64,000 nucleotides of DNA from Myxococcota bacterium (GTDB lineage Bacteria; Myxococcota_A; Polyangia; Nannocystales; Nannocystaceae). Shown here one piece after another: positions 11,924 through 22,139 of the stretch. The position numbers were made by a program, and so were the translations under genes. Where the stretch lies: positions 19,945 to 83,944 of the forward strand of contig JBCCHT010000055.1 of NCBI GenBank assembly GCA_039028615.1, in the 5' to 3' direction. Numbering within the stretch: the first letter of the stretch is position 1; every line of letters starts with the position of its first letter. Under the pieces are notes generated by a model. The model saw nothing but the letters and a program-made list of their open reading frames with translations. It had not been told where the DNA came from and searched no databases.

Positions 11924-12394
11924 GTGAAGACCCCAGTCCGCACGATCATGCTCGGCCTGATGCTCGGAAGCACGATGGTAGCCACCGGCTGCTACGGCAA
12001 CGTCGACGCCTTCATCGAGAAGAAAGCCAAGCTGGACTGCAAGCGCGTCGAAGAGTGCGACCGCTCCACGTTCGAAAACGCCTACAACGGGGACCAAGAC
12101 CGCTGCCGCAGCGACACGGAGACGCTCCTCCACGGGCTCAACGACATCTTCGACGCCGCCGGTTGCGAGTACGACCCCGACGAGGGCCGCCTGTGCATCA
12201 AGACCTCCCGGCAGCTCAAGAAGACCTGCGGCAGCGATGCCGACCAAGACATCGTCGACGACTGCGAAGAAGTCCTGCGCTGCGGCGCGGGCCTGGGGCT
12301 CGATCCTGAGGACGAGTGGGACGAGCTGTCCCCCGAGCAGCTCGTTTCCGAACCCGAAGACGAGCCCGTCTCCGAGGACGAGCCCGAGGCCTAG
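11924..12394 (+). CDS. Small Cys-rich lipoprotein with an acidic tail, function unknown
   Basis: Signal peptide ending ATGC, several Cys, E/D/P-rich C-terminus; GTG start 7 nt after a TAGCCT -10 box. Confidence 0.7.
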   Translation: MKTPVRTIMLGLMLGSTMVATGCYGNVDAFIEKKAKLDCKRVEECDRSTFENAYNGDQDRCRSDTETLLHGLNDIFDAAGCEYDPDEGRLCIKTSRQLKKTCGSDADQDIVDDCEEVLRCGAGLGLDPEDEWDELSPEQLVSEPEDEPVSEDEPEA

Positions 12395-13626
12395 CCGGCC
12401 CGGTCTGTGCCCCAGCGCAGCTGCACGCGCGCGCCTCCGCTCGGTCCGTTTTCGAGCACCAGCGTGCCGCCGTGCAGCTCGGCCACCATCGTGGCGACCA
12501 CGAGCCCGAGGCCACTGCCCTCGGGATGGTCGCTGCGACCCAGTCCCGCGCGGGCCGCCTCGCTGAAGCCGGGCCCGGAGTCCTGCACCCATAGGCCCTG
12601 CGCGTCGGCGCCGATGCGAACGCCCGCCCCGCGCTCGGCCCCCGCGTGGCGCTCGGCGTTGTGCAACAGGTTCGCCACGACGACCGACAGCAGCGCCCCG
12701 TCGACGTGCGCGGTGACGTCCTCGCCCTCGTACTGCGCCTCGGGAAAGTCCTCGCAGGCGCGCTCGATGAGCAGATCGACGCGGACTCGCTCGAGCCGCA
12801 GGTCCTGCTCCCCCGAAGACAGCCTCGCGTACCACAACAGCGTGTCGACATGCCGTCCCGCGGTGCAGGTGACGGCCGCCACCCGACCGAGCGCCGCCAT
12901 CGGATCTTCGTCGCCCGCTTGGCCCGACTCGGCGACCGCCCGCAACGTCGACAGCGGCGTGCGCAGCTCGTGCGCGGCGGCGGCGATGAACCGAGCGCGA
13001 CTACGAAATAGGCGCTCGAGCGGCGCGACGCTCATCGAGCTGAGTCGCCGCGCCATGAGGATGCCCAGTACGGCCAGGCCCATGAACACGCCGAGCAGCC
13101 CGCCGGAGAAGCTCCATTGCGCCCAGCGAAGCTCGTCCAGATCGCGAGAGACCACCGCCAGTCCCCGGATGTCGAGGCTCTCGTCGGCAAAGATCGGCAG
13201 CACGTGGACCCGGTTGCCCGCCACGTCACCGAGCCAGCGCTCGGACTCGCCGGTCGCGACCTCTTCGAGCGCGGGCTGGAGCTCGCCGCGTAGCTTCGGG
13301 TCGAGCGGCTCGCCCCACAGCTGCGGATGCTCCTCGCTCGCCGCGAGCACGCGCATGGGAAACTCGGGGTCTTCGGCCCAGGGCTCGCGCTCGAGCAGCT
13401 CGGCGTGAATGGCCCCCGACTCGTCGATCCACGACAGCCCGTAGATCACGGTGGCGCGGAGCTGGAGCTCGGTGTCGAGCTGCTCGAGTCGTCGCTCGCT
13501 GCCCTCGAGCAGAGCCACCGCCAGCAGGATGCCCAGCCCCGCAAACCACGACAGCGCGTACCAGCCCGCGATCTGGCGGCGGAGCCGAGGCAGGTGCGCC
13601 GAGCCGAGCTCGGGACGCTCACCCAC
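12391..13626 (-). CDS. Two-component sensor histidine kinase
   Basis: Two TM segments, H-box AAHELRTPL, N-box NLLHNAERH, DSGPG and GSGLGL. Confidence 0.9.
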   Translation of the reverse strand: MGERPELGSAHLPRLRRQIAGWYALSWFAGLGILLAVALLEGSERRLEQLDTELQLRATVIYGLSWIDESGAIHAELLEREPWAEDPEFPMRVLAASEEHPQLWGEPLDPKLRGELQPALEEVATGESERWLGDVAGNRVHVLPIFADESLDIRGLAVVSRDLDELRWAQWSFSGGLLGVFMGLAVLGILMARRLSSMSVAPLERLFRSRARFIAAAAHELRTPLSTLRAVAESGQAGDEDPMAALGRVAAVTCTAGRHVDTLLWYARLSSGEQDLRLERVRVDLLIERACEDFPEAQYEGEDVTAHVDGALLSVVVANLLHNAERHAGAERGAGVRIGADAQGLWVQDSGPGFSEAARAGLGRSDHPEGSGLGLVVATMVAELHGGTLVLENGPSGGARVQLRWGTDRAG

Positions 13627-14284
13627 GCGACGACTCCACGATGTAGCCGAGCCCTCGGCGGGTATGGATGAGCGGCGGTCGACCGAGCTTGCGACGCAGG
13701 CTGGCGACCGTGGCCTCTTCGACGTTCGACTTCGCGTCGAGGTCCCCCCAGCAGTGCTGCCTCAGCTCGGCCCGCGACACGACTCGCCCCTGGCGGCGGA
13801 CGAGCAGCTCGAGCACCGCATACTCCTTGACCCGCAGCGGGAGCAGCACGCCGTCGCGCCGGACCTCGCGTCGCGCCAGATCGACCTGGAGATCGTCGAC
13901 CTGAAGCTCGAGCATGGGACGGGTGGCACCCCGGCGACCGAGCGCAGCGATGCGCGCGAGCAGCTCGGCCATGGCGAAAGGCTTGCCCAGGTAGTCGTCG
14001 GCCCCGTGTGCGAGGCCCTCGACTCGGTCGTGGACCTCGCTGCGAGCAGTGAGCACCAGCACCGGGACGCCGAAGCCCCCGGCCCGCCACGTGGCCAGGG
14101 ACTGCAGGGCATCGCCGTCGGGCAAGCCACGGTCGAGCACCACCACGTCGAGCTCGGCCTCGTGAGTCCATGCCTCGGCCTCGGCCAGGGTGCCCGCGAT
14201 CTCGCACACATCGCCCTGCGCCGTGCAACGACGCGCAATCGCCTCGGCCATCTCGGCCTCGTCTTCGACGATCAGGATGCGCAC
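13619..14284 (-). CDS. OmpR-family response regulator
   Basis: RILIVEDE, LDRGLPDGD, GADDYLGKPF, winged-helix end LRRKLG..IHTRRGLGY. Confidence 0.93.
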   Translation of the reverse strand: MRILIVEDEAEMAEAIARRCTAQGDVCEIAGTLAEAEAWTHEAELDVVVLDRGLPDGDALQSLATWRAGGFGVPVLVLTARSEVHDRVEGLAHGADDYLGKPFAMAELLARIAALGRRGATRPMLELQVDDLQVDLARREVRRDGVLLPLRVKEYAVLELLVRRQGRVVSRAELRQHCWGDLDAKSNVEEATVASLRRKLGRPPLIHTRRGLGYIVESSRG

Positions 14285-14296
14285 GGCCCCATCATC

Positions 14297-15463
14297 CTAC
14301 AGGGGCTGATCGTTGGTCACGCAGTGAATGCCGCCACCGTCCACCCACAGGTCGCGAACGTCGACCATGTAGATGGTGCGCTCGGGGAACCACTGCTGGA
14401 GCTGGGCTTGCGCCGCCGCATCGGCCTGCGCGTTCCCGAAGGCCCCCGAGATCACGTAGCCGTTGCCCACCAGCCAGTTCATGTAGTCGGTGTCCGCGGG
14501 GAAGGGCATGCGGATGATGGTGAGGTCGGGTCGCTGCGCGGCGATCTGCCCCGCGACGTTCTCGAAGAGGTCGGCAAAGACCGGGTCGAAGTCGGGGTTG
14601 CTGATCTGCCCCACCACCACCTCGTCCTCGGAGATGAAGCGCGCGAGCCCGTCGACGTGACCCGTGGTGCCGTCCTCGGGGTGGAAGCCCTCGAGGTAGA
14701 TCACCGAGCTGACGCCGAACGCCGACTCGAAGATGGCGGTGGCCTGGGCCTCGCTGAGGTCGGGGTTGCGATCGGTGACCACCGACCAGTTCACCATCAC
14801 CGTGTCCAGGCCGTTGAACTCGAGGTCGCCGCGCTCGTGCACCATGTCGACGGTCTCGACCGGCAGCCCGAGGTAGTCCGCGATCACGGGCGGCACTCGG
14901 TTGTCGTCCTCGTAGGGGATGTCGGCCCCGAAGTTGCCGCCCCAGCCGTCGAAGCCCCAGTCCTGCACCACCATCTGGTCGTCGACCATCACGTAGCGGG
15001 GCCCGTTGTCCCGCATCCACGCGTTGTCGGTGGGGATGATGTGCCAGGTGATGCCGTCGCTCGACACCCCCGCGTCCGCCAGCATGTTCGTGGCGCGGTC
15101 TCGCATCGAGCCGTTCGCCGCGACGAGGTGGACCGGCTGGTGCTGGCGGGCGATGGCGATGACCTCGACGAAGGTCTCCTCGAAGTGTCGCTCCCACTCG
15201 CCGGGCCACTGCATCCACAGCGCCGCCTGGGGTTCCCACTCCGCGGGCACGCGTCGGGTCGCGGTGGGGTCCAGCCCCGAGTCTCCGCCCACGCCGCTGG
15301 TCGAGTCGTCGGCGCCCGCCGATGACCCCTCACCGCCCGAGCCTTCGCCCGAGCCCTCGCCCGGGGCGGCCGTGGCTCCATCCAGCGAAGAGCCGGTCGA
15401 CGCCGGAGCCGCACACGCGAGCACGGGGAGCAGCAGAGCCGACGAAATCCAAGGTTGCTTCAT
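14297..15463 (-). CDS. Agmatine deiminase / PPAD-family lipoprotein
   Basis: PAEWEPQ, WMRDNGP, GHVDG, DYMNWL, GGGIHCVT; likely start MKQPW at 15463 with lipobox PVLAC. Confidence 0.88.
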   Translation of the reverse strand: MKQPWISSALLLPVLACAAPASTGSSLDGATAAPGEGSGEGSGGEGSSAGADDSTSGVGGDSGLDPTATRRVPAEWEPQAALWMQWPGEWERHFEETFVEVIAIARQHQPVHLVAANGSMRDRATNMLADAGVSSDGITWHIIPTDNAWMRDNGPRYVMVDDQMVVQDWGFDGWGGNFGADIPYEDDNRVPPVIADYLGLPVETVDMVHERGDLEFNGLDTVMVNWSVVTDRNPDLSEAQATAIFESAFGVSSVIYLEGFHPEDGTTGHVDGLARFISEDEVVVGQISNPDFDPVFADLFENVAGQIAAQRPDLTIIRMPFPADTDYMNWLVGNGYVISGAFGNAQADAAAQAQLQQWFPERTIYMVDVRDLWVDGGGIHCVTNDQPL

Positions 15464-15486
15464 GGATTTGGGTATGCGCAGGCAAC

Positions 15487-15504
15487 CTGAAATCCGACTG
15501 AAAT
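15487..15504 (-). promoter_or_regulatory. Direct repeat ATTTCAG-N4-ATTTCAG, candidate OmpR-family binding box
   Basis: Perfect 7-mer repeat with 11-bp period, 24-41 nt upstream of the deiminase-RR-HK run. Confidence 0.45.
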
Positions 15505-15571
15505 TGCGCAGAAGCGACGTTGGCGGCCGATCCGAGCCTGCCGCCCCTAGCGCACGAGTACACTTCCGCGG

Positions 15572-16777
15572 ATGACCTACACCCACTACGGCTGGCCCTC
15601 GTCTCCGTACTCCGCCAAGTCCCGGGCCGCGCTGCGAGCCTCGGGATTGCCGTGGACGGAAGCGCAGCCCCATGCCCTGAGCCTCGCATGGTTGCAGGCA
15701 CACGTGGGGCGCAAGGTCATCCCGGTCATGCGCACGCCGAGCGGGCAGTTCGTTCAGGACAGCTCGCGCATCGTCGATACGCTCACCGAGGCCAGCGGTC
15801 GGCCCCTCGTGCCGGAGCCGGGCCTCGCCCGCGTGCTCGCCTCTTGGGTCGAGGTCTTTGCCGACGAGTGGATGATCTACCCCGCGATGTATTTTCGCTG
15901 GCGCTACCACGGCGGCGACTTCGACTACATGGTTCGCGACTTCGGCCGCTGTGCCCTGCCCGGCCTCCCCGGCGTGGTCCAGCGCCGCGGCGGTCTCGAG
16001 GTCGCCAAGGCCATGAGCCGCTACCTGCCCATCATGGGCATCGACAAGCACACCGGGCCCGCCATCGAGACCCTGACCCTGGAGCTGCTCGATCGACTCG
16101 AGGCCCGTCTCGACGAGAGTGCCTACGTCTTCGGCGAGACGCCCTGCGTGGCCGACTTTGCCCTCTACGGCCCCTTGGGCGCGCATGTCGGCCGAGACCC
16201 GTGGTCGGCCGGGGTCATCGATGCGCGACCGTCCGTGCGCCGATGGCTCGAGGCCCTCGACGAAGGACGCGACGAGGCGGCGCCGCTTTCGGTGGACGAG
16301 GCGCTGCCGCCCGCGCTGGCGTCTTTGCTGCGACTGATGTTCGAGATTGCCGCGCCCGCGTGGGTGCAGGCGCACGGGTTCGCCACCGAGCAATGGGAGG
16401 GCCCCGGCTCGAGCATGCATCGACGCGTCGGGACCTTCGACGCGCAGCTGCCCGCCGCCGATGGCATCACGCACTCGATGAAGCTCACCGCGGTCACCGT
16501 ATGGAAGATGCATCGGCCCCTGCGCGCGCGACTGGAGCTTCCCGAGGCACAGGCTCGCGCGGCGGGTGAAGTCCTCGAGTCGTTGGGGGCGAGCGGGCTG
16601 CTCGATCTGCCGTTGCTCGACGGGTTCGATCTCGACTCGATCGCGTGGCGCAAGGATCAGACCTCGTTCGGCCCGCTGGGCAAGCTGCTCGACAGCCTCA
16701 CGCCTGCGTTGAAGCGCGCGCCCGCGTGGCGTCCGTTACATCCGCTACGCCGCGGACCGGTGCGTGCGCTCGGCTGA
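15572..16777 (+). CDS. Glutathione S-transferase family protein
   Basis: SPYSAKSRAAL, IPVM...VQDSSRI, FADEW, YVFGETPCVADFALYG. Confidence 0.85.
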   Translation: MTYTHYGWPSSPYSAKSRAALRASGLPWTEAQPHALSLAWLQAHVGRKVIPVMRTPSGQFVQDSSRIVDTLTEASGRPLVPEPGLARVLASWVEVFADEWMIYPAMYFRWRYHGGDFDYMVRDFGRCALPGLPGVVQRRGGLEVAKAMSRYLPIMGIDKHTGPAIETLTLELLDRLEARLDESAYVFGETPCVADFALYGPLGAHVGRDPWSAGVIDARPSVRRWLEALDEGRDEAAPLSVDEALPPALASLLRLMFEIAAPAWVQAHGFATEQWEGPGSSMHRRVGTFDAQLPAADGITHSMKLTAVTVWKMHRPLRARLELPEAQARAAGEVLESLGASGLLDLPLLDGFDLDSIAWRKDQTSFGPLGKLLDSLTPALKRAPAWRPLHPLRRGPVRALG

Positions 16778-16859
16778 GCCCGCGTCGGCGATGCTCCGGG
16801 CCGGAGTTCATCCCCGGGGTTTTGCCGCGTGGCAACAGCGGGCCTATGCTCCGCCGCTC

Positions 16860-17792
16860 ATGCCCTCGTCCTACTGGCTTACGAAGACGCTCGTTCCCCT
16901 CGGCATCCTCATCGCGGCATGTGGACCGAGCCTGGGCGAGAGCGAGGCAGATACGAACGGCGCGACCACGGACCTCGCGACCACCACCGACGCGAGCGCG
17001 AGCGGGGCCGCGTCCGAAGGCGCAGGTACGACTACCGGGGGAGCCTCCGTGCCCAGCACGTCGTCGGGCGCCGACGAAACGGGCAACGGCTCGTCGAGCG
17101 GTTCCGATGACGGCCCGCCGCCCGAAGGCGACTGCGACACGTTCCTCCAGGATTGCCCCGAAGGCCGCAAGTGCATGCCCTGGGCCGACGATGGCCAGGG
17201 GGTCTACAACGCCCTTCGTTGCTCGATCTTGCCCGAGATTCAGCGCCAAGAGGGAGAGCCCTGCACCGTCGAAGGCCCGCGAACGTCGGGCGTGGACGAC
17301 TGCGGCATCGGCCTGATGTGCTTCGAGGTCGAAGAGGGCTCCAACGACGGGGTGTGCCGCCGGTTTTGCGATCTCGAAGAGCCCAACGCCCCCTGCCCCA
17401 ACCCGGAGACGAGCTGCGCCGCGTGGAACGACGGCCTGTTCGGCCTGTGCTCCTCGGTCTGCAATCCCTTCGATGATGCTTGCCCGAGCGGCACGTACTG
17501 TTACGGAACACCGGAGTTCGACTGCAGCTACGGGTCCTGCGGCTATCTCACTGGGGCCGGTCAGCAAGCCGCACCATGCGTACTGTCGACCGATTGCGAC
17601 GAGGGGTTCCAGTGCACCGAAGGCTCGAGCGTCCCCGATTGCGACTTCGAGCAGTGCTGCACCTTGCTGTGCTCAGCCGCGGAGCCCGATTCATGCGCCA
17701 CGCTCGAAGGGACCGAATGCCGCCCCTTCACCAAGCGGGGCGGGTGCTTCGACCAGGACATCGCCGGAGCCTGCGTCCTTCCCGGCGCGTAG
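16860..17792 (+). CDS. Myxobacterial Cys-rich lipoprotein with a Ser/Thr/Gly linker
   Basis: Lipobox IAAC, low-complexity linker, CDTFLQDCPEGRKCMPW...CCTLLC Cys-rich domain. Confidence 0.75.
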   Translation: MPSSYWLTKTLVPLGILIAACGPSLGESEADTNGATTDLATTTDASASGAASEGAGTTTGGASVPSTSSGADETGNGSSSGSDDGPPPEGDCDTFLQDCPEGRKCMPWADDGQGVYNALRCSILPEIQRQEGEPCTVEGPRTSGVDDCGIGLMCFEVEEGSNDGVCRRFCDLEEPNAPCPNPETSCAAWNDGLFGLCSSVCNPFDDACPSGTYCYGTPEFDCSYGSCGYLTGAGQQAAPCVLSTDCDEGFQCTEGSSVPDCDFEQCCTLLCSAAEPDSCATLEGTECRPFTKRGGCFDQDIAGACVLPGA

Positions 17793-18838
17793 GTCGAAAA
17801 CGCCAGCTGGAGCTGCACCAGTGTCCGATGACTCGACACACCCGCCCGGTGCACGTCGATGTCGGTCGCGTGCGCCAGCTGTAGCTTTGCGTGCCCCCGT
17901 GCCAGGAACACGCTGAGCCCAGCCTCCAGCGGGATGTTCGGGCCCCCGTTGGCCGAGAACGCCCCCGACCGGACCGCGAGGCTCAGCCGTCGCTCGATGA
18001 CCATCGCGCAGAGCTGCCCGTAGGCTCCCCACTCCAACGGGCGGGCGCCCACCTCGAGAGTGCGGATGAACCCCTCGGCGTTCGCCGCCAGGGGCCCTCC
18101 AGACACGGTGAGATCGAACGAAGCGCCCGTCTGCCGATTTCGTGTGCCGCCGGTCGACCCCATAGAGTCGAGTTCGGACCGTCGCTCGACCGTGTACGCG
18201 CTCGCCCCCACGGCCCAGCGCAGGTCCGTCGGCCCCCGCACGTAGGGTTCCTGGGTGTAGGCCACCGCGCCGAGCGGCGCGACCACGATGCGTGCGGTGT
18301 AGAGCGGACCGCCGTCGACCCGCAGCGAGCCCGCGCCCCCGCCGTTCATGACGCCCGCGTAGTACTCCAAGCGCCCGTCTGCCGGGCGACCGAACACCGT
18401 GATTCCGACATCCCGGTCGACGCGAAACCGATCGACGACTGCGCCGCGGCCGGGGAGCGGCAGCACGTTGAGTCCCGTTCGGAAGCCGCGGCTGAGCCAC
18501 GGCCGAAACTGACCGAGCTGGATGGCCAGCGCATCGTGGACGCGGACGGTGGCGGTCGCATCGAGCAGCCTCGGCTCGCCCGCCAGCTCCGGCATGACCC
18601 GCGCCGTGACCCGCCCCCGCAGAAGCTCCAGACCGACGATGGGCCGGGCGAGACGAAGACCGAAGCCGTGTCCGACTCCGTGGGCGTCGGCTCGGGTCTC
18701 GTAGCGCAGCTGACCGAGAAACCCGAACGAGACCTGGACCGCCGCCTCCTCACCAGCATCCGAGGCCGGTACCTCGGGAACGACCGGTGGCTCCGCGATG
18801 CCGAGCCCCACGCCGACCAGTAGCGCCAACAACCCCAT
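17561..18838 (-). CDS. Putative outer-membrane porin (OprO/P-like); probable natural end at about 17795
   Basis: Signal peptide, GQLRYE, LGQFRP, DRDVG, YYAGVMNG; beta-signal-like LVQLQLAF followed by apparent read-through. Confidence 0.65.
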   Translation of the reverse strand: MGLLALLVGVGLGIAEPPVVPEVPASDAGEEAAVQVSFGFLGQLRYETRADAHGVGHGFGLRLARPIVGLELLRGRVTARVMPELAGEPRLLDATATVRVHDALAIQLGQFRPWLSRGFRTGLNVLPLPGRGAVVDRFRVDRDVGITVFGRPADGRLEYYAGVMNGGGAGSLRVDGGPLYTARIVVAPLGAVAYTQEPYVRGPTDLRWAVGASAYTVERRSELDSMGSTGGTRNRQTGASFDLTVSGGPLAANAEGFIRTLEVGARPLEWGAYGQLCAMVIERRLSLAVRSGAFSANGGPNIPLEAGLSVFLARGHAKLQLAHATDIDVHRAGVSSHRTLVQLQLAFSTYAPGRTQAPAMSWSKHPPRLVKGRHSVPSSVAHESGSAAEHSKVQHCSKSQSGTLEPSVHWNPSSQSVDSTHGAAC

Positions 18839-18851
18839 CGGTCCGTCCCCC

Positions 18852-20515
<1,664 letters not shown>

Positions 20516-20519
<4 letters not shown>

Positions 20520-20941
20520 CGTGCGTCTCCGTGGTGTTGGCCCCACGAGAACACCGCCATGCCGAACACCATCGCGACGGTGAACACCAGGGCGCTGCGG
20601 CCCAGGCCCGCTGCGCTCACCAGCGCGGGCCCGGGACAGAACCCGCCGAGCCCCCAGCCGGCACCGAAGAGCAACGCGCCCACGACGAGCCGAGCATCGA
20701 TGTCACGCCGCGTGGGCAGGTGGAACCGCGGGCCGAGGTGCGGCGCACTCCTGCGCGTGACGAGCCGATACGCGGGGGCGTAGACCGCGATTGCGCCGGC
20801 CATGACGAAGGCCAGCGAGGGGTCCCAGTCTCCGGTGACGTCCAGAAAAGAGAGGACCTTGGCCGGGTTGGTCATGCCGGCGAGGCCGAGCCCGAGGCCG
20901 AAGACGACCCCGCATAAAAGAGCAGTGCTCGTTGGTTTCAT
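20516..20941 (-). CDS. YeeE/YedE-family sulfur transporter half-protein
   Basis: [31 protein letters not shown]. Confidence 0.9.
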
Positions 20942-20948
20942 GGTCGAG

Positions 20949-21380
20949 TCATCCCGCGAGGTGTCGGGTCCAGTAGACGGTGGCGGCCGCCGTACTCATG
21001 AAGATGGCGGTGGCGACGAGCGAGCGAACAGAGAGCCGGGAGAGGCCGCAGACTCCGTGTCCGCTGGTGCAGCCGCTGCCGATGCGCGTGCCGAGCCCCA
21101 CCGTGAGGCCAGCGAGGGCGAGCCACGGCCACGAGCGCGGGGACCCTCCACCGAACACGTCGGGCGTAGCGACCGAGAGGATGAGTCCGGCGATCATCAG
21201 CCCCCCGACGAATGCGATCCGCCAGGAGCGGTCGTCCCGAGCCCCCGGGGTCATCAGCCCGCCGACGATTCCGCTGATGCCGGCGATGCGGCCATTGAAC
21301 GAGAGCATGGCCACCGACGCGAGGCCGATCACGACGCCCCCGAGCGTCGAAGACAGAGGAGTGAATTCAGTCATGGTCAT
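20949..21380 (-). CDS. YeeE/YedE-family sulfur transporter half-protein
   Basis: [32 protein letters not shown]. Confidence 0.9.
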   Translation of the reverse strand: MTMTEFTPLSSTLGGVVIGLASVAMLSFNGRIAGISGIVGGLMTPGARDDRSWRIAFVGGLMIAGLILSVATPDVFGGGSPRSWPWLALAGLTVGLGTRIGSGCTSGHGVCGLSRLSVRSLVATAIFMSTAAATVYWTRHLAG

Positions 21381-21511
21381 CGTGGTCCGGCCACATCGAA
21401 GTCAGAGCCGGAAGAGCGCAGGTGAAAGTGCGGAAGGTCGGGCGCACGAAAGGCTCACCGCGGCCACAATGGCCGCAGGAATGGCTCGCATGGACATTTG
21501 CCGCCCTGAAA

Positions 21512-21527
21512 AGCAAGCCACGTGCCA
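21512..21527 (-). promoter_or_regulatory. Sigma54 (-24/-12) promoter of the YeeE/YedE-SulP-porin operon
   Basis: Minus strand reads TGGCACGTGGCTTGCT, an exact match to TGGCACG-N4-TTGC(A/T). Confidence 0.75.
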
Positions 21528-21621
21528 GCGCCAATCGGCCCTCGTAGGCGTCAGGACGCTCCGAACCCGCCCTCGTGTTTCACGAGGGTCGCAACGCGTT
21601 TCACCTGCGGTGGACGTGCCC

Positions 21622-22107
21622 TCAGGTCAGGACTTGCGGGGCCACCAGCACCCCGTCCGCGTCGGCGTAGACCCAGTGTCCGGGCTCGAAACGAGCGCCG
21701 CCGAACTCGACCGCGATCCCCTTTTGCCCTTCGCCACGCTTTTGTGTCTTGCACGGCGTCGTGCCCAGGCAGTGAATCCCGAAATCCATGCCGTCGATCA
21801 CCGCGCGGTCGCGAATGCACCCGTACACCAGCGCCCCCGCCCAGCCGTTGTCGATGGCCAGCTGCACGAGCCGATCCCCGATGAGCGCCCGCCGCATCGA
21901 GCCGCCGCCGTCGATGACCAACACGCGACCCTCTCCCCGCTGACCGAAGGCCTCTCGCACCAGAGAGTTGTCTTCGTAGACCTTCACCGTGAACGCCGGG
22001 CCATGGAACGACGCGCGCTGGCCGACATGCACCCACTGGATCTGGGGCGACTGCACGGTGGCAGCGTGGTCGTCGTAGAGGTCGGCCGTCGCGAAGTCGT
22101 TGGTCAT
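21622..22107 (-). CDS. rraA: RraA family protein (RNase E regulator / HMG aldolase-like)
   Basis: ATADLYD, TVKVYEDNSLV, VLVIDGGGSMRRALIGD, GCIRD, YADADGVLV. Confidence 0.92.
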   Translation of the reverse strand: MTNDFATADLYDDHAATVQSPQIQWVHVGQRASFHGPAFTVKVYEDNSLVREAFGQRGEGRVLVIDGGGSMRRALIGDRLVQLAIDNGWAGALVYGCIRDRAVIDGMDFGIHCLGTTPCKTQKRGEGQKGIAVEFGGARFEPGHWVYADADGVLVAPQVLT

Positions 22108-22139
22108 GGGCGGCGCCATGATAGACGACGCCCCGTCCC

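Noticed and set aside
15464..16513. N-terminal extension of the 738-aa deiminase ORF
   Set aside because: Overlaps the GST gene antisense; the lipoprotein signal starts at 15463.
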